Assembly (NCBI GenBank): GCA_002937505.1
Contig: PTJY01000001.1
Span: forward strand, 472,986 to 536,985
Source of the DNA: Alphaproteobacteria bacterium MarineAlpha12_Bin1
Lineage (GTDB): Bacteria > Pseudomonadota > Alphaproteobacteria > UBA6615
DNA length: 64,000 bases
Direction: 5' to 3'
Both the position numbers and the translations under genes were made by a program. Below are positions 50,634-60,603 of the stretch, one piece after another (within the stretch, counting starts at the first letter, position 1; each line of letters starts with the position of its first letter). The notes beneath the pieces are model-generated. The model was not told where the DNA came from, searched no databases, and was given only the letters and a program-made list of their open reading frames with translations.

Positions 50634-51359
50634 TTATTCTTTGCTTCTGCCAGTTTGAGCAGCTTTGAATAGCTCCGACATAACAGAATCCTTATCATTC
50701 ACTGGTTTATCAAAGTCAAAACGGGCTTCTGCATCGTTGCGAGCCAGATCAACGCCTTCAGGATCAATGCCCGTAAGTCTCCAGTCCATGCCCGGTCGGC
50801 CAACTGCATTATTCGCGCATAGATTAATTAGTTCAGAAAAATTAAGATTTATATCCTCAATCAACTCAGGTTCATCAATCGACAACTTCAGGTAATGAGT
50901 TGTGCTATAAATTACCTCCGTCATATCAAGTTTATACATTTGGTCATCGCCTAAAACAAAATTAACTCTTTCTATGGACACTCGGTAAAGTACTGCATCA
51001 TTAAATTGTTGATAAATTTGAGAGGAAAAGTGACGTGACAAAAAACGTTTTTTTAACAAATGATCTTCACTGGGTATAGCTTTACCAATTATTGAAACTC
51101 GTCCTTGGGTAATAGCATCTCGAGCCTTAAAAAATAAAATAGAAATTCGATTGTCGTTTCTTATGTTAATGCTGTGTTGAGCAAAGACAGGAAGAAGAAG
51201 CAAGGGTGCCGCGTCGTGTCCGCAAGCCACTAAGGATAAGCTTGCATAAGGTCTACCCTCTGAAGCACTATCTATGGTTGCCAGGCTAACCTGTCTGGTA
51301 GTACGCATCAAACGCCGCGCAACACTCCCTGGTTTTTTATCTCGGTCGTCAGTTATCAT
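50634..51359 (-). CDS. PNPOx-like FMN-binding split-barrel protein with C-terminal DUF2470-like region (HugZ-family-like)
   Basis: 241 aa. N-terminal split-barrel pattern (..ATIDS..GRPYASLSLVA..G..LLLLP..A.H..NI..D.R.S.LF..). Tightly packed with pcuC (59-nt gap); overlaps the downstream hydrolase start by 1 nt (ATGA). Confidence 0.45.
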   Translation of the reverse strand: MITDDRDKKPGSVARRLMRTTRQVSLATIDSASEGRPYASLSLVACGHDAAPLLLLPVFAQHSINIRNDNRISILFFKARDAITQGRVSIIGKAIPSEDHLLKKRFLSRHFSSQIYQQFNDAVLYRVSIERVNFVLGDDQMYKLDMTEVIYSTTHYLKLSIDEPELIEDINLNFSELINLCANNAVGRPGMDWRLTGIDPEGVDLARNDAEARFDFDKPVNDKDSVMSELFKAAQTGRSKE

Positions 51360-51418
51360 AATTATTTTAAAACCAAAGAAGTGGGCAAAATTTCAAATTA
51401 AAAAATTCCATTATCAAG

Positions 51419-51970
51419 TTAATGATTTCTGTGCGCGTTTTTACGTTGATCCCCTTGCAAACCACCTTTTATATTTTCTCTTTTAGGCCCTCGAGAACCA
51501 GCACCAAAAACTAACGCCTTTATCTCAATCAGGCCAGCATGCTGAAAATGAAGAGCAATACCAACGGTTTGTCCTCTATCGAGTTTTGTTTTTAGGCCCA
51601 TCAGCATAATGTGTTTAGCGCCAGGCTCTAGTTCTACTTCGCTATTAGCTGGTATTTCAATACCATTCTTAATTGAGTGCATTTTTATTATATCACCATC
51701 GAGAATCATATCATGTAAAGTTGCCTTTTTTGAACGGTTAGACTCTACTTTGATTAATCGATCTGCATGATTTCCTGAATTAATAATTTTCACGTAGACA
51801 ACCCCTGACATTTGATGTGATGAAGTTGCTCGTGACCAGGGATCCTTTATCGTCAAACTTCCCAACTGAAACTCACTGGCCACAGCAGAACTTTGTATAA
51901 AGGCAACCACAACAAAAGAAAATATAATCTTAAAAAAGATGCCCGTTCTAAAAAAATAATTAAGTAACAT
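51419..51970 (-). CDS. periplasmic copper chaperone PCu(A)C
   Basis: Signal peptide and the PCuAC H(M)..M ... H.M copper motif pattern (..TLHDM..; ..GAKHIMLMG..). Lies 9 nt after sco1. Confidence 0.7.
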   Translation of the reverse strand: MLLNYFFRTGIFFKIIFSFVVVAFIQSSAVASEFQLGSLTIKDPWSRATSSHQMSGVVYVKIINSGNHADRLIKVESNRSKKATLHDMILDGDIIKMHSIKNGIEIPANSEVELEPGAKHIMLMGLKTKLDRGQTVGIALHFQHAGLIEIKALVFGAGSRGPKRENIKGGLQGDQRKNAHRNH

Positions 51971-51979
51971 TATTCTATA

Positions 51980-52594
51980 TTAACCTTTCATATGTTTGCG
52001 AATTTCATCGGCAATTTCAGATGGCGATGTCCCATAACGAAATAAAGATATTACAGAACCTTTTGGATCAACTAAATATATAAATGAAGTGTGGTCCATC
52101 AAATAAAAACTGTACTCTTGATCATCTACACGCCTGTAAAAAACGCGGTATTTTTCAGCCACATCTTTAATCTGATTTTCTGTTCCAGTAAGTCCAATAA
52201 TACGATCATGAAACAATGTTATATATTCTGATAAGACATCTGGCGTGTCACGCTCAGGATCTATAGTTATCATTATAGGGGTAACAGCCAATGAATCGCG
52301 CCCTAGTTCATCTAAAACCAAAGCCACATCGGCCAGTGCTGTTGGACAGGCATCCGGACAAAAAGTGTAGCCAAAAAAAACTAAAACATAATTACCTAAA
52401 AAGTTTTTTTCTGTAACAGCGTTTCCCTTATGATCAATGAGATTGAAGGCGCCACCCATTTTAACGCTTGTAATTAGTCCACTAGGATTTTTGGTTATGT
52501 CATCTTCGCGAATTACCAGCCACTCCGCCAGGGCGGCAAGGGCTGCTACTAAAATAATGGCTAAAATTAAACCGATTCTTGTCGATTTTTTCAT
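51980..52594 (-). CDS. SCO1/SenC-family copper chaperone (thioredoxin-like)
   Basis: N-terminal TM anchor, CPDACP motif (FGYTFCPDACP), and distal His. Confidence 0.8.
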   Translation of the reverse strand: MKKSTRIGLILAIILVAALAALAEWLVIREDDITKNPSGLITSVKMGGAFNLIDHKGNAVTEKNFLGNYVLVFFGYTFCPDACPTALADVALVLDELGRDSLAVTPIMITIDPERDTPDVLSEYITLFHDRIIGLTGTENQIKDVAEKYRVFYRRVDDQEYSFYLMDHTSFIYLVDPKGSVISLFRYGTSPSEIADEIRKHMKG

Positions 52595-52804
52595 TGGCTA
52601 GACGACATGTGGCTCATAGATTATTCTGATAAATTATATAATTCACTACGTAATGAACTTCAGTGATAAAGGCAAATATAATATAAAGTTTATTGTTCTA
52701 TTTACTTTTAGTTTTACTGCCGTCCATATGCGGTCTTAAAACTGCCATAATATCACGACGAATATAAGAATAAGAGTCTATTTAAACAAAATGAGGAAAA
52801 TTCG

Positions 52805-53500
52805 ATGGCGCAAACAATAGCGTTAGTCGATGATGATCGAAATATACTTACTTCTATATCTATTGCCTTAAAAGCGGAAGGCTACAACGTTCAAGCTTAC
52901 TCAGATGGTGATGAGGCACTTCGTGGCTTGAGGTCGCAGCACGCTGACTTAGCTGTTCTAGACATAAAAATGCCACGGATGGACGGCATAGAACTATTAG
53001 GCCGTTTGAGAAAAAATTCCTCAATCAAGGTTATATTTTTAACATCTAAAGATGATGAGATTGATGAAGTAATTGGTTTTAGAATGGGTGCAGACGACTA
53101 TATTACCAAACCATTTTCGCAACGGTTACTTATTGAAAGAATTAGAGCTGTTTTACGACGAGATAAAAAATCAGATGATTCTTCAAATGGCGATCAAAAA
53201 ATTATAAGTCAGAAGGGGTTATTGCTGGATTCTAATCGACATAGATGTATGTGGCGAGAAAAGGACGTGGCATTAACGGTGACAGAGTTTCTTATACTAG
53301 AGGCATTAGCAAAGCGTCCTGGACACGTAAAAAGTCGAGACCAACTTATGGATGCCGCCTATGGAGATAGTATCTATGTTGACGACCGAACTATCGATAG
53401 TCATATAAAAAGGCTTCGAAAAAAATTCAAGCAAGTAGATATTAGTTTCTCACAAATAGAAACTCTTTATGGCATAGGCTATCGCTACAAAGACAGCTAA
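52805..53500 (+). CDS. chvI: two-component response regulator, OmpR family (ChvI-like)
   Basis: N-terminus [27 protein letters not shown] is near-identical to rhizobial ChvI. Receiver plus winged-helix domains. Confidence 0.8.
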   Translation: MAQTIALVDDDRNILTSISIALKAEGYNVQAYSDGDEALRGLRSQHADLAVLDIKMPRMDGIELLGRLRKNSSIKVIFLTSKDDEIDEVIGFRMGADDYITKPFSQRLLIERIRAVLRRDKKSDDSSNGDQKIISQKGLLLDSNRHRCMWREKDVALTVTEFLILEALAKRPGHVKSRDQLMDAAYGDSIYVDDRTIDSHIKRLRKKFKQVDISFSQIETLYGIGYRYKDS

Positions 53501-53550
53501 TATAATTTGTAAAACTATTCACAGGATCAAGAGACACTCTTGACACCGCC

Positions 53551-55281
53551 ATGGCCAAACAAAGCGAAAAGAGACTCACACCAGAGAACCCAGAAAATAA
53601 TTTCTCTGGAAAACGTAAATTTAAAAGGTTTTATAAGCTTGGCAAATGGCTTGGACAGCTAAGAGCTTCAACCTCTCTTACAAAACGGATACTAGCGATT
53701 AATTTACTCGTACTGATTGTGCCTATTGGAAGTTTCTTCTTTTTAGATCAATATCAGAGGAGCCTTATAGAATCAGAACTTGACGCCCTAAACTCAAAAG
53801 CCAAGGTCTTTGCAGGCGCTGTTGGAGCGGGAGCAGTAAGTGTATTACCTGGTTTCGGACAAAGTATTAACCCTCTGAGAGCAAGTTTAATGCTAAGTCG
53901 CCTTACAAGCTCCACCAATACTAGAGCACGACTATTCTCATATGATGGATCTTTAATTGTAGACACACAACACCAGAGGTTATCAAGAGAGCCTGTATCT
54001 ATTCAGGCTTTGCCATCTCAAGAAGAGGAAGGACAAATTTTGAGATGGTTCGAAAGAAAAGTTGGATCAATTTTGAACTGGTTACCAGGGCAGAGTGATT
54101 TACCGATTTATAGAGAAACTATTCCACAACACGCGCTGAGTTATTCTGAAGCTAAAAATGCCTTGTTTGGAGATTCTTCAGCCGTAATAAGAAGACAAGA
54201 GTCTGGTGGCATATTGATTTCAGTTTCAGCTCCTGTTCAACGCTACCGTCAGGTGGTTGGCGCTTTAATGCTCTCGACAGATGGTCGAGCCGTCGAGTTA
54301 GCCATGAAAAAAATTCGTCTCGATATATTGCAAGTATTTATTTTTGCTTTAGGGGTTACAGTTCTTCTTTCACTTTATCTTGCAGGAACTATCGCAAGGC
54401 CTATAAACCGTCTAGCCTCTGCTGCTGAATTGGTTCGAACGGGTCACGGGAGATATACAGAGATTCCTGATTTCTCTGCTAGGGGCGATGAAATAGGTGA
54501 TTTAAGTAGAGACTTAAGAGGCATGACTGAAGCTCTTTGGAAACGAATGGACGAAATCGAACGTTTTGCTGCTGATGTGGCACATGAAATTAAGAATCCC
54601 TTAACCTCTTTACGAAGTGCCGTTGAAACTGTGGCCCGAATTAACGACCCGGAACAACAGAAACAGTTGATATCGATTATTATCGACGACGTTCAGAGAC
54701 TTGACCGTTTAATCAGTGATATTTCTGATGCTTCAAGACTTGATGCAGAGCTTAGTCGGGACGTACCAGCCCCAATTAACTTGCGATCAGTATTAAGCAC
54801 CTTAATCGAAGTTGAAAGCAATAAAGATTCTAATAAAAAAACCATTATTGATTGCCACCTCGAAGAGGAAACTAATCTTACTGTTTATGCATCAGAAGGA
54901 CGTTTAGGCCAAGTATTCCTAAACATAATTAGTAATGCTACATCTTTTTCTCCAGTTGGAAAAAAAGTAACTGTTAAGGCTAATCGTGTTATAACTGACG
55001 AAAACGCTAATGTGATTGTTACAGTAGATGACGAAGGTCAAGGAATTCCAGAAGAAAACCTTGAATCAATATTTGAACGATTTTACACAGATAGACCAAT
55101 TCAGGAATTAGAAAGCGAAGCTAAAAAGTATGAGGTCCATTCAGGGCTTGGTTTAAGTATATCCAGACAAATTGTCGAGGCTGCGGGTGGACAAATTTGG
55201 GCTGAAAACAGAAGAAATGATAGAAATGAGATAGCAGGAGCAAGAATTATAGTAAAATTTCCTGCTAGCAATCAGAACTAG
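53551..55281 (+). CDS. chvG: sensor histidine kinase (ChvG/ExoS-like)
   Basis: Two TM segments flank a periplasmic domain, followed by HAMP, the H-box (AHEIKNPLTSL) and an HATPase_c domain (G-box GLGLSI). Directly downstream of chvI. Confidence 0.75.
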   Translation: MAKQSEKRLTPENPENNFSGKRKFKRFYKLGKWLGQLRASTSLTKRILAINLLVLIVPIGSFFFLDQYQRSLIESELDALNSKAKVFAGAVGAGAVSVLPGFGQSINPLRASLMLSRLTSSTNTRARLFSYDGSLIVDTQHQRLSREPVSIQALPSQEEEGQILRWFERKVGSILNWLPGQSDLPIYRETIPQHALSYSEAKNALFGDSSAVIRRQESGGILISVSAPVQRYRQVVGALMLSTDGRAVELAMKKIRLDILQVFIFALGVTVLLSLYLAGTIARPINRLASAAELVRTGHGRYTEIPDFSARGDEIGDLSRDLRGMTEALWKRMDEIERFAADVAHEIKNPLTSLRSAVETVARINDPEQQKQLISIIIDDVQRLDRLISDISDASRLDAELSRDVPAPINLRSVLSTLIEVESNKDSNKKTIIDCHLEEETNLTVYASEGRLGQVFLNIISNATSFSPVGKKVTVKANRVITDENANVIVTVDDEGQGIPEENLESIFERFYTDRPIQELESEAKKYEVHSGLGLSISRQIVEAAGGQIWAENRRNDRNEIAGARIIVKFPASNQN

Positions 55282-55346
55282 CTTTAATAGTTTTTTTGGA
55301 TCATATTCGATGGGTCAATTAGGAATAAACTAGAAAGAAAAATATA

Positions 55347-56252
55347 ATGGCGGTCACTCGGGTAGAATCTTTAGTTTATGGAGTTAGTGATTTAGCTGCC
55401 GGTATTAATTATTATCAGGATTGGGGTCTCGAGACCCTGGAAAAAAATAGTAAAGGGGCTGTATTCGGGACTCCTGTAGGACAAACTATTTATCTGATAG
55501 ATAAAAATGACTCCTCCCTTCCCTCTGCCCCAGGCGATAACATATCTACGGTTCGTAAGACCATTTGGGGAGTGGATTCAGAAGAGGAGTTAGAAAAAAT
55601 TTCTGATGAGCTATCAAAAGATAGGGAAATTATCCTTTCTGAAGATGGTTCCTTCTATACTCGAGATGAAAGTGGATTTCCAATAGGTTTTTGTTTGAGC
55701 CAACCAATCCAAGTGGATATTGCTCCACCAGAAGTAAACACGAACGAAAACTCTATACGATTAAATAAAGTTGTAGACCATATTTCTCAAGCAAAACCCT
55801 TTCGCATTGGCCATGTTGTCTACTTCATCCCAAAAGAGGAATCCGAAAAAGCAGCCTCTTTTTATATTGATCGTCTGGGTTTTCGTCTTTCGGATCGTAC
55901 AATTGGCCGGGGCGATTTTATGAGGTGTCCTAAATCCCGCGATCACCACAATTTATTTTTATTACAAAGAAATGATACAGCTGCATTTAATCATGCAGCA
56001 TTTGAAGTTAAAGATTTCGATGAGATCATGATGGGTGGTGAATACATGCAAAAACATGGATGGAACGCCGCAACTAATCCTGGTAGACATATTTTAGGAT
56101 CAAACCTTTATTGGTATTTTTCCAATCCTAGCGGTGGTAACACAGAATATTTTGCTGATATGGACTGCATGGACGATAATTGGAAGCCCAGAATTTGGGA
56201 TAAAAACCCTGGATTTTCTCTCTGGTCTATTGATATGCTTGTTAACAATTGA
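55347..56252 (+). CDS. VOC-family two-domain protein (type I extradiol dioxygenase/glyoxalase-like)
   Basis: 301 aa with two beta-alpha-beta-beta-beta modules and His/Glu metal-ligand candidates (H..H..FEV). Confidence 0.55.
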   Translation: MAVTRVESLVYGVSDLAAGINYYQDWGLETLEKNSKGAVFGTPVGQTIYLIDKNDSSLPSAPGDNISTVRKTIWGVDSEEELEKISDELSKDREIILSEDGSFYTRDESGFPIGFCLSQPIQVDIAPPEVNTNENSIRLNKVVDHISQAKPFRIGHVVYFIPKEESEKAASFYIDRLGFRLSDRTIGRGDFMRCPKSRDHHNLFLLQRNDTAAFNHAAFEVKDFDEIMMGGEYMQKHGWNAATNPGRHILGSNLYWYFSNPSGGNTEYFADMDCMDDNWKPRIWDKNPGFSLWSIDMLVNN

Positions 56253-56287
56253 CCCTCAAATTCTTGTTTGGAGGCTCGGAGTAAACT

Positions 56288-57472
56288 ATGACCGTCACGA
56301 GATTAGACACTAATGATTACAACGCAGTCAGTGCTGCAGATAAGTTAGTCCCCATTATACAAGAACGCGCAGAAGCAACTGAGGACGCACGCTCAGTTGT
56401 AAAACAAAATATTAACGACTTAAAAAGTGCAGGGCTATTTAGGATGGGGGTTCCTAAATATTTGGGTGGCCATGAGATTCCGATTGAGCAATCGGTAGAG
56501 GCCATATCAAGATTAGCTAGAGGCTGTGCTTCAACTGCTTGGGTTTGCGGTGTTTATAATGATCATGCCATAACAATCGGAATGTTTGATTCCAAGGCTG
56601 CAGAGGAGATATGGGGTAATAATCCAGATGCACTTGTTTCTGCAGGATTCAATCCTGCTGGGGAAGCAAAAAGGTCTGATGGGGGTTGGAGTCTAAGTGG
56701 TACATGGGGTTGGTCAAGCGGTTGTGATCACGCTGACTGGATGATGGTCGTTACTTTTTTGCCTGCAAACGGCAGTGATAAACCTACACCTTATTTTTGT
56801 TTGGTTCCAAAGTCGGAGGTTAAAATTGAGGACAACTGGCAAGTAATGGGGTTGGCTGGCACAGGATCAAAAAATTTAGTGATTGAAAATGCCTTCGTTC
56901 CTGATCACCTTACATTTTCAATGATAGAGACGAATAATGGTTCTGCTAATAGACTAGCAAATAAAATTTCACCTCTTTTTTGTTTACCCCGTACCTCCGT
57001 AATCCCATTTATGTTAGCAGCCCCATCCCTAGGAGTAGCGGAGGGCCTTCTCAAACTTCAGATGGATTACGTAAAGAACCACCAAAGCATGGGAGGTGTA
57101 AGTTTAAGTGAACTAGGAACAATGCAAATGCATATTGCCGAAGCTTCAGCTGAAATAGACGCCGCAAAAATGCTAATGTTACGAGATTGTCGAGAGGCTA
57201 TGGCCTCAATGTACAAAGGACAAGAAATGACAATGATAGAAAGGGCTCGTTGTAGAAGAGATCAAGCCTATATGGTTACTTTATGCAGACGAGCAGTAAA
57301 TAGATTATTTACTACTGCCGGGGGAAGTGGAATATTTTTAAACAATGAAATGCAACGTAAGTTTCGTGATATCAATGCCATCAGTGCTCATATGGCTTTA
57401 AACTGGGATATTGCAGGAAGCACCTATGGAAGAGTTTCTCTCGGACTGGATCCGAAAGACCCTAGAATTTAG
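56288..57472 (+). CDS. acyl-CoA-dehydrogenase-fold flavin-dependent monooxygenase (HpaB/DszC/HsaA-like oxygenase component)
   Basis: 394 aa with ACAD-like N-terminal, middle and C-terminal domains but no catalytic-base context. Resembles group D monooxygenases. Confidence 0.55.
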   Translation: MTVTRLDTNDYNAVSAADKLVPIIQERAEATEDARSVVKQNINDLKSAGLFRMGVPKYLGGHEIPIEQSVEAISRLARGCASTAWVCGVYNDHAITIGMFDSKAAEEIWGNNPDALVSAGFNPAGEAKRSDGGWSLSGTWGWSSGCDHADWMMVVTFLPANGSDKPTPYFCLVPKSEVKIEDNWQVMGLAGTGSKNLVIENAFVPDHLTFSMIETNNGSANRLANKISPLFCLPRTSVIPFMLAAPSLGVAEGLLKLQMDYVKNHQSMGGVSLSELGTMQMHIAEASAEIDAAKMLMLRDCREAMASMYKGQEMTMIERARCRRDQAYMVTLCRRAVNRLFTTAGGSGIFLNNEMQRKFRDINAISAHMALNWDIAGSTYGRVSLGLDPKDPRI

Positions 57473-57731
57473 GAACTCAAAAAATTAGAAACACTATCGC
57501 TTAGTGCATTTGGTTGGCACAAATACATAGATCAATCAACATAAGAATCTATTTGATAAACGAAAAGTTAGACTGAGAGGATTTTTTTATTCTAGAAGAG
57601 GTAAACAAACAATTTACCTTGGCTAAACAGTGTAATAAATGTGTTATGGTTTGTTTTTCTTTTATCAATTTTATACATTTTAAGCGTTATTAAATTATTA
57701 ACAGTTAGTTATTTGATTAAAAAAGGACGAA

Positions 57732-58781
57732 ATGATGAAGCAAATCAACGTTGGGGTAATTGGAACTGGATGGACTGGAGGTATTAGAGCAAATGCCTGT
57801 GCAACAAGCCCTTTAATAAATGAGCTACACATTGCTGAAATAAATCCAACGAGATTGGCTGAAGTAAAACAAGAAACGAACCCAGTTTTTTCGACCACTG
57901 ATTGGGAGGAATTGCTCAAAAAAGATGAGCTAGAAGCTATCGTCATTTCCGCAACTCCAGAATCAACACATTATCCTATGATTAAAGCAGCGCTAGAAGC
58001 GGGTAAGCACGTCTTTGTAGAAAAGCCAATATCAACTACTATTGCCGAAGCTGATGAGGTTATAGCCCTCGCCGAATCCAAAAATCTAAAATTTACGGTT
58101 GGGTACTCCCAACGTTTTAAGCCTAAATTTGCTTACGTTAACAAAGCCTTAAAAGAAGGACTCGTTGGCGAGCCAGTAACCTGCCTGGTTAGCAGAAACG
58201 TTACTCGGGAACTGGGAACTAAAATAACTGGCCGCTCCAAACTTTCTCCTGCTGCTATGGAGGCGACACATGATTTAGACTTTCTATTATGGTGTCTACA
58301 GCCTAGAAAACCTGTTCGTGTTTACTCTCAAACCTCGGGAAAGCTATTCAAAAGGACAAGTGAGACTCCTGATCATCAGTGGATAATGGTTACAATGGAT
58401 GACGGCACGACAATCACGGTAGGAGCTGGATGGATACTACCAATTGGCTATCCAAATTACTCACAGTGCTGGATAGAAGTCATTGGATCAGATGGAGCGT
58501 TAACAATAGATGATACTAATAAAGAGGTTCAATTTAATACGACAGAAAATGGCATACGTTACCCAATGTCTTCGATGCCAGGAGAACCAGTCGATCATGT
58601 CTTTGCGGGCCCAATGGCAAGTGAAACATTACACTTTATTGAAGCAGTTGTTTATGACAGACCAGTTATGGTAAAGCCCGATGAAGCACGACTTGTGATG
58701 GACGTATACACTGCTGCTGACCTCTCAGATGAGCTCGGAGAGCCCGTCACCATACCACGAAATGACCCTGCGCCCGCCTAG
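57732..58781 (+). CDS. Gfo/Idh/MocA-family NAD(P)-dependent oxidoreductase
   Basis: Rossmann N-terminus (VGVIGTGWTG) and conserved EKP motif (HVFVEKP). Confidence 0.8.
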   Translation: MMKQINVGVIGTGWTGGIRANACATSPLINELHIAEINPTRLAEVKQETNPVFSTTDWEELLKKDELEAIVISATPESTHYPMIKAALEAGKHVFVEKPISTTIAEADEVIALAESKNLKFTVGYSQRFKPKFAYVNKALKEGLVGEPVTCLVSRNVTRELGTKITGRSKLSPAAMEATHDLDFLLWCLQPRKPVRVYSQTSGKLFKRTSETPDHQWIMVTMDDGTTITVGAGWILPIGYPNYSQCWIEVIGSDGALTIDDTNKEVQFNTTENGIRYPMSSMPGEPVDHVFAGPMASETLHFIEAVVYDRPVMVKPDEARLVMDVYTAADLSDELGEPVTIPRNDPAPA

Positions 58782-58918
58782 GTTTAAATAAAAAAGTGTT
58801 CAATTACTCCAAAAGATCAAAATAGAGTTTATGTAAAAGTCTTTTAATCATCAGAGTGTTTGATCAATTAGTTTTGGCTAATACAGTTTGTCTTGGAAAG
58901 AATAAGGGAAGCTAAATT

Positions 58919-59656
58919 ATGGATAATGGAATTTGGGCGATTTGGTATGACTTACCAGAAAATGTGAGAGAAGAGCATATTAGATGGTTACATAACTCGT
59001 ATCTTCCTGAAATTATTTCCAGACCGGGTTTTGCTTGGGCAGCCCATTATCAAAGCAATGGTGGTGGCCCTGATATGGAGAAGGTGCGTAACACTTTCCC
59101 TAAATCAGCTAATATGGAAAACATTGGCAATGGAACTCAATTTCTAATGTTGGTTGGCGCCACAACTCCCTCAGTCTTTTTTACTGCTCAAGTTGTTAAT
59201 CTAGAAAACACACAAGAACGTATAGCGAGAGAAATGATTAACCAAAGAGAAGGGGTAAGGACCTGTATTTTTTCTGAGTTTGCGCGAGTGAATGGGCCAG
59301 AAATAGAGACTAGACCAACTGGAACTACCCCTGGTCCAGCCATACAAATGGGAAGCTTTCGCATAAATGAAATAGATAAAGAGTTTGATTTAGGATCATG
59401 GTATACACAAGATAGACTGCCTGCCATGGCAAAAATGTCAGGATGCATTGGTGCTAGGGTCATGTTATCAGTAGCTGGCTGGGCTAAATACTCCGTACTT
59501 TATGAGTTTACTTCGCTAGAAGCTCGACTTGAGAATTTTGAAAAGCAGCAAGAGTCTCTGATGTTAAACGAAAAGGAATGGTCTGGAAAAGTCATAAGAT
59601 CAACTATGCACTCACCTGGCTCACCCACTGTTGCCCAGAGAATTTGGCCCCTTTGA
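58919..59656 (+). CDS. hypothetical protein with internally duplicated ~110-aa module
   Basis: 245 aa. The two halves share the pattern W.IWYDLPE..EEHIRWLHNSYLPE...RPGF / SWYTQDRLPAMAKMSGCIGAR. Possibly two ferredoxin-like alpha+beta barrel domains. No family recognised. Confidence 0.35.
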   Translation: MDNGIWAIWYDLPENVREEHIRWLHNSYLPEIISRPGFAWAAHYQSNGGGPDMEKVRNTFPKSANMENIGNGTQFLMLVGATTPSVFFTAQVVNLENTQERIAREMINQREGVRTCIFSEFARVNGPEIETRPTGTTPGPAIQMGSFRINEIDKEFDLGSWYTQDRLPAMAKMSGCIGARVMLSVAGWAKYSVLYEFTSLEARLENFEKQQESLMLNEKEWSGKVIRSTMHSPGSPTVAQRIWPL

Positions 59657-59659
59657 AAA

Positions 59660-60580
59660 ATGGATAAAATCAACATACACTTTGCAGGGTATCAAGGTGA
59701 GTTCTCTGTCCATAGTAAAGCCATAACTATGTTTAAAGAGAATTTACGTTCTATTTTGGGTGACAAACTAAATTTTAGTCAGACGGATAGTATAATTGAC
59801 TTGGGTCGATCCGCAACAGACCTTATTGAAATGGTCAGTTCCGGTGAAATAACGTTTTGTTACATAGCCTCAAGTTATCTAGCGGACAGAGTGCCCGAAT
59901 TCGAACTGCTAGACCTTCCTTTTACTATAAACAATCGCGAACAAGCATACGCATTAATGGATGGTCCCTTAGGAAAATTTTTGTCCGATAAAACTGCAGA
60001 TACTAGTAACTTTCGTATTTTATCATGGTGGGACAACGGCTTCCGACATTTTTCTAATAATATTCGTCCCATCAAAAAACCCGAAGATTGCCTTGGTTTA
60101 AAAATAAGAACCTTAAGAAGCAATATATACACCGAGACTTTATCCGTTCTAGGTTTTGACCCAATATATAGCGATGTCAGTCAAATAAAATCCCTTGTAA
60201 GCTCTGGCGCAATAGATGCTCAAGAAAACGCTTTAAGTAATATACTAAATTTTGGGTTTCACGAGCACCATAGATGGATAACTCTTTCGAATCATTTCTT
60301 CGGACCAGCAGTGATCTTATGTCACAAAAATACTTATGATGGATGGTCCTCAGAATTAAAAGAAATCATAACATCAGAGCTAGCGAAGACCACGGACTAT
60401 CAAAGAACACTTGCTGCACTGGAAGAAAGTGAAGTTATAGAAAATTTTGATCTTTCTAAAAACACGATATACACTCTGGACGAAAATGAGGTAGAGGTGT
60501 TTTCAAGCAAAGTTCAGCCGATAATTGAAAAAACAGTACATCGTTTTAGAAATGAACTGTTTGAGTTTCTTATTCACTAA
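59660..60580 (+). CDS. DctP-family (TRAP solute-binding-fold) protein lacking a signal peptide
   Basis: 306 aa with DctP-like pattern (..GLKIRTLRSNIYTETLSVLGFDP.., ..W.ALS..). N-terminus MDKINIHFAGYQ is not hydrophobic. In frame with the preceding ORF across a single TGA. Confidence 0.55.
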   Translation: MDKINIHFAGYQGEFSVHSKAITMFKENLRSILGDKLNFSQTDSIIDLGRSATDLIEMVSSGEITFCYIASSYLADRVPEFELLDLPFTINNREQAYALMDGPLGKFLSDKTADTSNFRILSWWDNGFRHFSNNIRPIKKPEDCLGLKIRTLRSNIYTETLSVLGFDPIYSDVSQIKSLVSSGAIDAQENALSNILNFGFHEHHRWITLSNHFFGPAVILCHKNTYDGWSSELKEIITSELAKTTDYQRTLAALEESEVIENFDLSKNTIYTLDENEVEVFSSKVQPIIEKTVHRFRNELFEFLIH

Positions 60581-60603
60581 CGACATAAATTTTCATAACC
60601 ATC

